A DNA stretch of 34,713 nt. Origin: a virus. Its lineage: Duplodnaviria > Caudoviricetes. This document shows positions 25,790 to 33,739 of this stretch, piece by piece. The stretch covers positions 1-34,713 of IMG/VR virus record IMGVR_UViG_3300009488_000043. The stretch is one strand, 5' to 3'. Below the pieces are notes generated by a model that searched no databases, was not told where the DNA came from, and saw nothing but the letters and a program-made list of their open reading frames with translations. The translations under genes and the position numbers were made by a program. Positions within the stretch are counted from its first letter, which is position 1, and each line of letters opens with the position of its first letter.

Positions 25790-26769
25790 CCTGAATACCC
25801 ACCCCTTTGTCGTAGCGCCAGCAACTCCTCGCGCAGTTCCGTCATCGCCTCGGTGTCATCGGTGCGCCTGCGCGCATCGGGTATCGTGCCCTTGCCCACC
25901 AGCGTCTCCATAATCTCAGTGATACGCAGGCGTGCATCTTGCCGCTTCCCCTGCTCATCTTCACTCTGTTTCAATAGTATCTCTGTCAGGTCGTCGTCGG
26001 CCTCATCTAGCGGAACCATCGTGCCAGACGTCCGGCAATTCCAGTGAAAGTCGGGCCAGTCTTGGTATTCAGCAAATGCCGGTGAACCGGTAGTGTGAAA
26101 CTTCTTGTCCTCTGGCACTATCTGGCCATGCACTCTCAGACAACACTCAGTCGTCACGCCGTCGATTGCGGCGATGGCTTGCTTACCCCACGCGCGGCCC
26201 GTGGCTTGCATCGCCGGTCGTAGTGCGCCAATCAGTGCCAGCCCTGCTGCTGTTGCTAGCCAGTGCGTGCCTTCTCGTATCACAGTATCAGGTCTCAATA
26301 GACCAACTGTGGTATCACCTCCCAAGATGAGCGCCGGGTCTGCACCAGTTGCCAGCGTTGCCAGTATGGCGCGCTCTTGCTGTTCGACCACGCTGACTAT
26401 GGCGTCGGTCATTGCAACAGTATCAACGTATTGCATCTGTGGCTCTATATTCCATACACGCCCTTCAATTACAGCCTGCTTCCAGCCAAGGGCTCTAGCC
26501 CTGTCAAGCGTGGTGTCCGCCGCTACCCGCACGCTGTCTTTCAGCCCGCTCATCACTTCCCGCGCTTCCCAGTGCGCCCCCAGCCAGGCTCCCTGTTTTA
26601 TTGCTAGCGCGCGCTGTCTCAGCACCGTCCTGAGCGCCCGCCGTGCGCTGCGGTACGCCACCAGCACCTTGCCGCGCGGGTGAGCGGCTGTACCCAACTT
26701 GGCGAACAGTTTGCCCAGTTCGCGGTTGGTGCGCAGTGCGGCGCTGATGCTGGAGCGACGGCTAGGCAT
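25786..26769 (-). CDS. MuF / SPP1 gp7-like minor head morphogenesis protein
   Basis: KQAIAAIDGVTTECCLRVHGQ...PDFHWNCRT; follows the portal (start 26769 or 26775). Confidence 0.85.
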   Translation of the reverse strand: MPSRRSSISAALRTNRELGKLFAKLGTAAHPRGKVLVAYRSARRALRTVLRQRALAIKQGAWLGAHWEAREVMSGLKDSVRVAADTTLDRARALGWKQAVIEGRVWNIEPQMQYVDTVAMTDAIVSVVEQQERAILATLATGADPALILGGDTTVGLLRPDTVIREGTHWLATAAGLALIGALRPAMQATGRAWGKQAIAAIDGVTTECCLRVHGQIVPEDKKFHTTGSPAFAEYQDWPDFHWNCRTSGTMVPLDEADDDLTEILLKQSEDEQGKRQDARLRITEIMETLVGKGTIPDARRRTDDTEAMTELREELLALRQRGGYSG

Positions 26770-28204
26770 CCTCATTCTCCCCTGGCCTCTCCTGTCCGAA
26801 CATCGCCGCCGCCTGCCGCTGCATATTCAACCGCGCCTGGTACTCCTCAGTAGCCAGCATTGCGTCGATTTCCTCTTGCGAGTAGCCCGCTTCTGCCCAC
26901 AGCGTTTCAAGTGGTACATTCAACTTCTCACGTTTCAAGCCCAGGGTCTCGATATGTTCCTTCTCGTCCCTGGTGGCGGCGGGAACCCACTCGACTTCGA
27001 GCATCGCATCTTCATTCAGCCCAGCACCGGCAGTGTTCGCCAGGCGGCGGGCCATATACAACACGTCCTCCCAACTGTTACCGAAGCGGACTTGCCTCAC
27101 GCGCACCTTCGACAACAGCACCGCCTCCTGCTGTTTCAGCGTGCCCTCGGCGGCTACCTGGCGCGTGATCTGGAAGCGGTTGGCGGGCGTGTCTGTCACC
27201 TGCGCCAGTTTAGTTATCCAGCCGTCGAGTGCATTGACCAGCGGTGTTAGGTCAGCGGCTTCCATCCTGCCGGCCTTGCCGTCCTTCGGTATCTCAATCC
27301 AACAGCCAGGCGTCAATTCCAGGTAGTTACCACCGTCGCTCTCAGGCAGCTTGCCATCTGTGGTGGCGGAAAAGCCCTGAGCAATGTAAATCGGGAACCC
27401 AGCGGCATCGGCAGCGGCCAGGAGGTCGAGCGATGTCTTGTTGATACCATCCTGCGGGGGGAGGGCATCCCATATCTCGCTCTTTTCATCAGGATTGCGG
27501 AAGTGTATAACCTGTATGCCTAGCGGCTTGCCCGTTGCGTCTACGTGAGGCAACGGCCAGGAGGTATCGCCCTCATCCTGGTATTTATCCCATCCTGATT
27601 CGCCTGACCTTGCTTTTTGCACGTACTTTCGGATCTGATTAGGATAATAGACAGTCATCCGCTGCCGCGTCTCGCGTTTGCCGCTCTCCAGTGTCACCGT
27701 CTCCGTCCACCTCTTGCTGGCAAACTGCATCGGCAGCGAGGTCATATCGTTCGGATAATGTGCTTTGCAGCCAAATCCCGAACCGCCGCTCAGCGGATCG
27801 GTGTAACGCGGGTGAGGTGTGAAGCGCGGCTGCATCTCCTCGTCCAGGTCTACGATGACGAAATACTCACCGTCTCGAACTGCGCCACGGTGCACGCCGT
27901 CCTGTTTCTCGTCCATCCTGTTGCGCTGCCACCAGGCCCAGGCGGCTTCCGAGAATGCCTTATCCTTCGAGGCCAGCGCCGCCACTATCAATCGCTCCCA
28001 CACTGCGTTGACTACAGTGGCGCAGTAATTGAGCGCGAACCGCCCGCCCTTGACGAAGCCCAAGTATTCCTTCTGGCGCTGGGTCAACTGCACGTGCTGG
28101 TCGCCGTCATAGTAGTCGCGTACCAATACAATGTTTGCCTGGCGCGTGCGTTCCTCTTCTGCCTGCCAGCCTGCGAAAGCCAGTTCTGCTATGTCGGTTG
28201 CCAT
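26762..28204 (-). CDS. portal protein (SPP1 gp6-like)
   Basis: RDYYDGDQ, LNYCATVVNA, VIHFRN, QDGINK, AEGTLKQQE, FGNSWE; follows the terminase. Confidence 0.92.
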   Translation of the reverse strand: MATDIAELAFAGWQAEEERTRQANIVLVRDYYDGDQHVQLTQRQKEYLGFVKGGRFALNYCATVVNAVWERLIVAALASKDKAFSEAAWAWWQRNRMDEKQDGVHRGAVRDGEYFVIVDLDEEMQPRFTPHPRYTDPLSGGSGFGCKAHYPNDMTSLPMQFASKRWTETVTLESGKRETRQRMTVYYPNQIRKYVQKARSGESGWDKYQDEGDTSWPLPHVDATGKPLGIQVIHFRNPDEKSEIWDALPPQDGINKTSLDLLAAADAAGFPIYIAQGFSATTDGKLPESDGGNYLELTPGCWIEIPKDGKAGRMEAADLTPLVNALDGWITKLAQVTDTPANRFQITRQVAAEGTLKQQEAVLLSKVRVRQVRFGNSWEDVLYMARRLANTAGAGLNEDAMLEVEWVPAATRDEKEHIETLGLKREKLNVPLETLWAEAGYSQEEIDAMLATEEYQARLNMQRQAAAMFGQERPGENEDA

Positions 28205-29589
28205 TAGTATACCCTCGCCTGGCGTTTCACCAGGTTGTCCAACTCCATCAGGCCGTAGCGTGCGCAGTCGTAGGCATCGTCGCCGCCCAGCCCTTCTTCG
28301 TCAGTATCGATTTTCATCACGTCCTCTGGTCTATACGGGTCATGTTCCATCACCGGGATGCACTCGATTAACCGTCCGCAGCGGTTGAATACCTTCACCC
28401 GTGGCGCTTGCCCGGCGCTCACGTCGCCCAGCAAGTCAAGCATCTGCCCTGCGCCGTTGATGCGGTCCATATTGGCGGGCTCTAGTTTGAGGCCGTGCTG
28501 CTCGTACTGCTGAGCGATGCTAGTCTCAGAGTTGCCGCGCTTGGCAAATATGTCAGCACCTGTCACGAACCGCTCCAGCCTGCCATAGTGAATGTCATTG
28601 CGGGAAAGCATCGCCCTGATCGCTTCGGCCTGCCGCTTCACCAGCCACCCGGCCTGGTAGTGCTCATCTACAATGTAGGTCATCCCATCGCCGTCTCTAG
28701 CGAACAGGTGCACCACAGTTGGGTGTACGAAACCGTAGTCCATCGAAGCCCACCACGTCCAGTCGAGCGGTGCGTCGAATGGCTCAATCACGTGCACGTC
28801 ACGCCGCCAGGTTGTGAAATACTGGCCGGCGGCAATGTCCCAATCACCATAGCGGTAAGCCCGCAAGCGCCAGCCGGTGTTCTCCTCCAGTTTGCGCCGG
28901 TAGTCCTCGTCCAGAAAAGCGTTGTCCTCGACCGTGGCAAAGATGAAACGGGTGTCCGTCTCTTTGCCGTCCTGCCACGGGTCGATGTAGCGCCTCTTGT
29001 ACCAGGCGTGCCCAACACCCCCGGGGTTGGTGCTGGTGTAGATGCGCGGGCGGAAGTCGTCGCGGCTTGTGCGGTTGCTATCTCGGAGCGCCTGGTACTT
29101 CATCGCCGTGAGCGTAGTAGCCTCTTCGATTGCTATGACCTCATACTCCAGGCCCAGGTAGGCATCGACGTCACTCTCGTTCTTAAAGTGCCCGATGAAT
29201 AACTGTGAACCATTCGGGAACTTGACTACACCGAGATGCTGTTTGTACGCGTGCTCTGTGGAGTGTAGCACCTTGCCACGCAGATCCTCAAATTGCTCCC
29301 GCGCCTGTTTGCCGACCTTGCGCAGGTAGAGCGCCTTGATGCCTGGTGCACGCTGGCAGTCGTCGAGTACCAGTTGAGCAAATAGCCCGTGCGACTTCGC
29401 GCCGCCGCGTGCACCGCCATAGCCGACCTGCGTTGGACCACCCTCGGTGTCGGCCAGCCGCGCCGCTGCGTGAAACCTCAATTGCTTCGGCTGGGCGCAA
29501 TACTGGCCCAGCCGAAAGTTGATTATCTGATCAGACGGGCACTTTGCTGCCACTGCCGTTGCCAGATACCGGTTCAATGCTGTCGTCAC
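28204..29589 (-). CDS. terL: terminase large subunit
   Basis: PKQ motif, Walker A GGARGGAKS, Walker B IAIEE, STNPGGVGHAW, nuclease MDYGF and DDAYDCARYG. Confidence 0.95.
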   Translation of the reverse strand: MTTALNRYLATAVAAKCPSDQIINFRLGQYCAQPKQLRFHAAARLADTEGGPTQVGYGGARGGAKSHGLFAQLVLDDCQRAPGIKALYLRKVGKQAREQFEDLRGKVLHSTEHAYKQHLGVVKFPNGSQLFIGHFKNESDVDAYLGLEYEVIAIEEATTLTAMKYQALRDSNRTSRDDFRPRIYTSTNPGGVGHAWYKRRYIDPWQDGKETDTRFIFATVEDNAFLDEDYRRKLEENTGWRLRAYRYGDWDIAAGQYFTTWRRDVHVIEPFDAPLDWTWWASMDYGFVHPTVVHLFARDGDGMTYIVDEHYQAGWLVKRQAEAIRAMLSRNDIHYGRLERFVTGADIFAKRGNSETSIAQQYEQHGLKLEPANMDRINGAGQMLDLLGDVSAGQAPRVKVFNRCGRLIECIPVMEHDPYRPEDVMKIDTDEEGLGGDDAYDCARYGLMELDNLVKRQARVY

Positions 29590-30016
29590 TGTATGCTCGT
29601 TTTAGTGCGTTCTTAAAATGGAGTTCAATAGCCCCTCCGCCTACACCCGCGATCTCCTGGCGTTGCGTCGCCTTCCCCATCTCCCACTCAATCACCTCAG
29701 TTGCAACGCCTTGACGCACTCGCTCGTCATCGCTGTTGAGACCGGTGACCTTGACCTGCATTGCCTTTGCCAGACTGCGCCTGCGGATGTGCTGTGCAAC
29801 CACAAGACCATCTGCCGCCATCAACCGCACAGCCTCTTTGACCTCATCCGGCCAATGATACACCGTGTCTGGCTTAATACCAATTGCCTCGGCGGCCTCT
29901 CTGATTGTTAGATATTCCTGGCGAGCAACGACAAATCTAATCTGATCAGTGGAGAGTCTGATCAAAATGGCCTGTAACTGTTCAGATATGGACTTTTTTG
30001 GACTTTCTTGATTCAT
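29531..30016 (-). CDS. terS: terminase small subunit (HTH)
   Basis: EAAEAIGIKPDTVYHW helix-turn-helix; GKATQRQEIAGVGGGAI C-terminus; directly upstream of terL. Confidence 0.8.
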   Translation of the reverse strand: MNQESPKKSISEQLQAILIRLSTDQIRFVVARQEYLTIREAAEAIGIKPDTVYHWPDEVKEAVRLMAADGLVVAQHIRRRSLAKAMQVKVTGLNSDDERVRQGVATEVIEWEMGKATQRQEIAGVGGGAIELHFKNALKRAYSDDSIEPVSGNGSGSKVPV

Positions 30017-30206
30017 CACTTGATTCTGGCCTCACCGTCACCACTAATATACATTGCCGCCAAGCCAGCAACTTGACTGCCTCTGCCATCTCACTCTCTG
30101 GCACGTCAAACTGAATACGCATGCCGCCACCTGAGCCGTCCACTTTGATCGCTGACATGATTGGCGGGAAAGCGGCCCTGAATGTCGTTTCATCACTACT
30201 ATTCAT
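29982..30206 (-). CDS. hypothetical protein (74 aa)
   Basis: Compact ORF overlapping the terS start; globular-looking sequence. Confidence 0.65.
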   Translation of the reverse strand: MNSSDETTFRAAFPPIMSAIKVDGSGGGMRIQFDVPESEMAEAVKLLAWRQCILVVTVRPESSDESRKSKKVHI

Positions 30207-30328
30207 AGCCTACCCCAGCCGGGCGCTGAGTAAAGGAGGGGAACCCCAGCGCCCGGCTTTCGCTCGCAGCCGCTGCTGTTTGGCTGCCAAAGAAGCGCGG
30301 GAAAAGGAGAGTAAACCCGCGCTGTGCT

Positions 30329-30658
30329 TCATCGTTCCTCGTTACTGTGCACGCCTGTGATACACATCGCCAATCTGCAACCACATTCCAGCACCCACGG
30401 CGCAAGCGACCTGCCGCAGCGCGGGCAGAGCCAGCCCGTGGCGGGTATCATTGGCAACGACTCAATGGAATCTGAGGTAGGCGGCGGAGCGTTGGGACAC
30501 CCTGACTGGTGCTGCCCGGCGGTGTCTAAATCGCAATAGGGGCAGCCAACATTGAGACTGCCCAGCGCAACGCGCAACCTGATTGTCCTCGGCGCATCTG
30601 TACTATCGTCTGGATACACACTGTGGCCGTCGTCGGCTCGCCATTCTCGCGGGCTCAT
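30329..30658 (-). CDS. Cys-rich hypothetical protein, probably leaderless
   Basis: CPYC..H..GCP and GWLCPRCGRSLAPWVLEC motifs; ATG 6 nt after a -10 box. Confidence 0.65.
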   Translation of the reverse strand: MSPREWRADDGHSVYPDDSTDAPRTIRLRVALGSLNVGCPYCDLDTAGQHQSGCPNAPPPTSDSIESLPMIPATGWLCPRCGRSLAPWVLECGCRLAMCITGVHSNEER

Positions 30659-30664
30659 GATACC

Positions 30665-30693
30665 AGTATACTAGATTTTAAGCCGCTTGTCAA
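30665..30693 (-). promoter_or_regulatory. sigma70-type promoter facing the packaging/late operon
   Basis: TTGACA (30693-30688), 17-nt spacer, TATACT (30670-30665). Confidence 0.75.
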
Positions 30694-30705
30694 GTATTTT
30701 GGGTC

Positions 30706-30734
30706 TTGACAATCTACTGAAAAAGTAGTATAAT
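30706..30734 (+). promoter_or_regulatory. consensus sigma70-type promoter
   Basis: TTGACA (30706-30711), 17-nt spacer, TATAAT (30729-30734); spacer contains the IR CTACT/AGTAG. Confidence 0.85.
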
Positions 30735-30740
30735 TGAACC

Positions 30741-30860
30741 GTCAAGAGGCACACAATGGCAGTGGCGGTTTTTTTGTGCCAACATGACTCCCGCAGTCTA
30801 AAGCCGTTTGCCTCTTGACAAAGACAAGCGCCCGGACTGCGGGAGTCGCCTTTTATGGAG
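30741..30860 (+). promoter_or_regulatory. structured leader of the HNH gene (interleaved inverted repeats plus 5-codon uORF)
   Basis: 11-bp IR 30741-30751/30809-30819; 13-bp IR 30786-30798/30835-30847; GGCGGTTTTTTT; uORF ATG ACT CCC GCA GTC TAA at 30784-30801. Confidence 0.65.
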
Positions 30861-30867
30861 ATAGGCA

Positions 30868-31248
30868 ATGTATTCTAGGCAATACCGTGAATATATGCAC
30901 TCCGATGCCTGGCAACAGCACAGACTAGCAAAACTAGAGGCCGCCAAATGGCGCTGCGAGTGTTGCGGTGAAACGGATAGGCTATCCGTGCATCACCTGA
31001 CCTATAAGCGGATTGGGCACGAACGAACAGACGACCTCATTGTCTTGTGCAAGTCCTGCCACTGGGTAGCCGATGAGATGCGCCGGAATCCTGATAGCGA
31101 TTTACGACAACGCTATGAGGCCCCGCAGAAACCCAAGCCAGAAATGAGTAGAGAGAAACGCAAGATTGAACAACATAAGCGCCAACGTGAGGGAAATTAT
31201 CATTATCGCTTTGGCGGCCAATGGGCTAGTCGGCGCAAGCGCAGGTAG
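30868..31248 (+). CDS. HNH endonuclease
   Basis: YMHSDAW...CECC...VHHLTY...DLIVLCKSCH; TGGAG RBS. Confidence 0.9.
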   Translation: MYSRQYREYMHSDAWQQHRLAKLEAAKWRCECCGETDRLSVHHLTYKRIGHERTDDLIVLCKSCHWVADEMRRNPDSDLRQRYEAPQKPKPEMSREKRKIEQHKRQREGNYHYRFGGQWASRRKRR

Positions 31249-31310
31249 AGACTCTGCTTCACTCTCTCCCTCTTGCCTGAGCCGGTCAAATAGAAACTGA
31301 AAGGAGCAAA

Positions 31311-31544
31311 ATGAATCAAATAGAACAGGCAAAGCGCATCGAGAAACTAGAGCGACAGGTGATGCTGCTGAAAGCCGCCACCGACCACGACGCTATGGCT
31401 ATTGACAAACTGCAAGAGCGCATCGTAAAACTGGAGCGGCGGGTTGCAAGCCTGGCTGCCGAGGCCGTCCCCAATCTGAGCATCGCTTCCGTCGAGCAGC
31501 GCGAGCGTATTGAGAGACTAGAGGCGGCGCTGGGGCTAGAGTAA
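31311..31544 (+). CDS. coiled-coil hypothetical protein
   Basis: AAAGGAG RBS; RIEKLE, RIVKLE and RIERLE heptads. Confidence 0.75.
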   Translation: MNQIEQAKRIEKLERQVMLLKAATDHDAMAIDKLQERIVKLERRVASLAAEAVPNLSIASVEQRERIERLEAALGLE

Positions 31545-31566
31545 GCCACGAGCACGTAGACAGAGA

Positions 31567-31596
31567 CCCGGCGCTGAGAGGTGTCGGGCCTTTTTT
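31567..31596 (+). terminator. intrinsic terminator
   Basis: CCCGGCGC-TGAGAG-GTGTCGGG stem followed by CCTTTTTT. Confidence 0.75.
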
Positions 31597-31667
31597 ACTA
31601 CATGCCACTGCTGCTGGAAGTAATAAAAACCTTCACTTTTTTCTAATGCTATTCTAATATAGGATAC

Positions 31668-31696
31668 TTGACAAACTCACAACAATAGTATATAAT
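31668..31696 (+). promoter_or_regulatory. consensus sigma70-type (early) promoter
   Basis: TTGACA (31668-31673), 17-nt spacer, TATAAT (31691-31696); AT-rich upstream region. Confidence 0.85.
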
Positions 31697-31857
31697 TAGT
31701 GTAATAAGGAACATTAAAAAGCAAGAAGATCAAAGAGCCAGAGACTAGGGACAAGACGCAGGGGCCAACCAGGGCAATTACACGAAGCGGAGACTACACC
31801 GAGGTCAAAGGCCAAAGGATCGGAGAATAGCCCGAGCGCCGGAGGAGGCGAGTGGGC

Positions 31858-31910
31858 AGGGTCGTCAGCAATTGGGGCTGGCTATGAAGAGAGCATCTAC
31901 TCGAAACCCT
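31858..31910 (+). ncRNA. type III hammerhead-ribozyme-like element with variant core
   Basis: AGGG-UC, stem I GUCAGC/GCUGGC, UAUGAAGA, stem II GAG/CUC, GAAA, CCCU. Confidence 0.5.
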
Positions 31911-31923
31911 AAAAGGAGATACA

Positions 31924-32139
31924 ATGTCCAAAGGAACAGTAGTCATCAAGGAAAGCGGGAAAGGCTGCATGGGAGTGGGACTGACGAAGTTCACGGCCGC
32001 CTGGCCCAGCGGCAAGACCTTCGAGAAGTTTGTTGATGCAGGCGACGCGGTCAACGAGCGACGGCGGCAAGAACGGTTCATAGAGAGCCGGGGCTATACC
32101 GTCAAGTGGGATATGGAAGGCACAATCGAGGGAGACTAA
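31924..32139 (+). CDS. hypothetical protein (71 aa)
   Basis: AAAAGGAG RBS. Confidence 0.75.
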   Translation: MSKGTVVIKESGKGCMGVGLTKFTAAWPSGKTFEKFVDAGDAVNERRRQERFIESRGYTVKWDMEGTIEGD

Positions 32140-32149
32140 AACCCCACCA

Positions 32150-32402
32150 GTTAGCGCGTCTGGCCAAAACGCGCAGGCAGCAAGATGATTAGCAAGGGGG
32201 CTGGTAAAATCCAGCACGCAGGCCGTGAACCTGCGGGGAACTTGCGCCGGAGCCGTGAGGCAAACGGGGAACGCTGAGGAGGCCGGGGAGGGGGAACCGG
32301 CATTGCTAATCATTGAACCGCGCAGGCAGTGGGCTTCGGCCCCCGCTGCGTGCTGGGCTGGTTGCCGGAAGCCGTGAGTTCGAATCTCACGGCGGCACGC
32401 AG
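32150..32402 (+). ncRNA. putative structured non-coding RNA with multi-way junction and tRNA-like module
   Basis: 11-bp closing helix 32185-32195/32303-32313, GNRA and cUUCGg loops, TTCGAAT T-loop hairpin; no credible plus-strand ORF. Confidence 0.5.
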
Positions 32403-32445
32403 GAGTGGCTAAAGGTAAACTATAGCGCAAAAAAAGGAGAATACA

Positions 32446-32652
32446 ATGAAAAGTAAAGTTTATTCAGTTCACGCGCAGCAGGCGGTAGACAAGCACATCA
32501 AAGAGATCGACCAGTTGATGAGCCTCATCTCCACAGAGATGGGCAAGTATAAATCGCTCGCGCGAGCGCACTATGGCCACGCGGGCGACCTGGCCTACGT
32601 CGAGGAAGTATTGGCGCAGGCTTGGGAGTTCATAGCAGAGACAACGGATTAG
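32446..32652 (+). CDS. hypothetical protein (68 aa)
   Basis: AAAAGGAG RBS; HYGHAGDLAYV motif. Confidence 0.8.
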   Translation: MKSKVYSVHAQQAVDKHIKEIDQLMSLISTEMGKYKSLARAHYGHAGDLAYVEEVLAQAWEFIAETTD

Positions 32653-32734
32653 CGCGGCCCCGTGTGACCGCGCTGGCGCAGGAAGCCCCGCCGCCTGGTC
32701 GCTGGCGGCGGCAATCACAGAAAAGGAGAGAGCA

Positions 32735-32950
32735 ATGTCTGAGAAAACATTCGTAGTCACTGAGAGTACATTGCAAGCCGCCCTGGCCGATGCCAGGGCC
32801 AGGATAGCAGCGGCCAACGAAGAGATTGATAGCCTAGCCGAGAAGGGCTGCGTGCGCAGCAACAGCAGACAGATGCGTGAAGCCATGATAGTTGTGGAAT
32901 ATGGCCAGCATCACATCGCGCAACTGTTAGGACTGCTATATGGAAAGTAG
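32735..32950 (+). CDS. hypothetical protein (71 aa)
   Basis: AAAAGGAG RBS. Confidence 0.75.
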   Translation: MSEKTFVVTESTLQAALADARARIAAANEEIDSLAEKGCVRSNSRQMREAMIVVEYGQHHIAQLLGLLYGK

Positions 32951-33009
32951 TCCCCTCGCCACCGGGCTATCGACGCCCGGCAGCCGAACCTAGAGAAAAG
33001 GAGAAAAAA

Positions 33010-33312
33010 ATGACGAAACAAGAAGCAGTGAAGATTCTGAGAAGCGGTGGGGTGGTGTACATCACCACCAATAACGGTTCGTGCCAATGCGGTGATACGC
33101 GCGGCACGATGCGCGTAGAGGACAACGCTCTCGTGCTGGACAGTGCTGGCGGAGAGAAATGGCAAGAATATTCTGGCCCAGCGCGTGAGTGCCACACCTC
33201 ATACGGCTTCGGCGCGACAGCCCGCGAGGTCGCCCTTCTGTTTGAGCAAGACAAAGACGAGAAGATTATGCACTCCTTCTCGCAGGGAACCTGTCTGAGC
33301 CTGAGCAGGTAA
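33010..33312 (+). CDS. hypothetical protein (100 aa)
   Basis: AAAAGGAG RBS. Confidence 0.75.
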   Translation: MTKQEAVKILRSGGVVYITTNNGSCQCGDTRGTMRVEDNALVLDSAGGEKWQEYSGPARECHTSYGFGATAREVALLFEQDKDEKIMHSFSQGTCLSLSR

Positions 33313-33433
33313 GCCTCACCCGCGTTGCAATACGCGGCAGCCTTCCCGACGGGAGCCCGCCCGGCGACTTGCGCAGGGTACGCAAGCGCCACCGGGGAGG
33401 CTGGAGGGCGCAACTTACGAGGAGGGAATTGTA

Positions 33434-33649
33434 ATGAGAAAGTCTAAAGTATATTCTACAAACGCTTTTGGCAGAGACATTACGATCAGGGCGTATTCGA
33501 TGCAACAAATCGCGGATTGGCTTGAGGAAACGCTCTATAGCCTGCGTCCGTTCATCTCGGCCTGCGGGCCTGCTGTGCAAGAGCCCGATGTAGATCTCAC
33601 GACGGGATGGCCGGACTGGAAAGAAAAGGACTGGTTTAGAAATAGGTAG
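33434..33649 (+). CDS. hypothetical protein (71 aa)
   Basis: GAGGAGG RBS. Confidence 0.7.
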   Translation: MRKSKVYSTNAFGRDITIRAYSMQQIADWLEETLYSLRPFISACGPAVQEPDVDLTTGWPDWKEKDWFRNR

Positions 33650-33706
33650 AGAAGTAACCCGCGCAGCCCGCCCCGGCCCCGGCGCTGGGACGGGAGCGCA
33701 ACCAAA

Positions 33707-33739
33707 GGTGGACAAAATAGTGGACAAGATTGTGGACAA
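33707..33739. repeat. three GTGGACAA direct repeats at 12-bp period (DnaA-box-like)
   Basis: GTGGACAA at 33708, 33720 and 33732; the third copy is TGTGGACAA. Confidence 0.75.

Noticed and set aside
3300-30000. Numerous plus-strand ORFs in the track (e.g. 5184..5894, 15193..15912, 28495..29202)
   Set aside because: Antisense shadows of GC-rich minus-strand genes without RBS or motifs; only the GIY-YIG gene is credible
30210-30332. Possible 40-aa minus-strand ORF MKHSAGLL... coupled to the upstream stop
   Set aside because: Low-complexity basic sequence with no motif; cannot be distinguished from non-coding DNA
30815-30845. Additional TTGACA as a promoter
   Set aside because: No -10 at suitable spacing; it is part of the A' inverted repeat
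32191-32236. Cobalamin riboswitch or twister-sister ribozyme suggested by GCTGGTAAAATCCAGC
   Set aside because: Only this hairpin matches; the other conserved elements of either family are not recognisable
32274-32302. Second hammerhead core CTGAGGA followed by a stem
   Set aside because: No GAAA after the stem and no stem III partner
32340-32405. Complete tRNA gene suggested by GTTCGAATC
   Set aside because: No anticodon arm, over-long T stem and no CCA; kept only as a tRNA-like module
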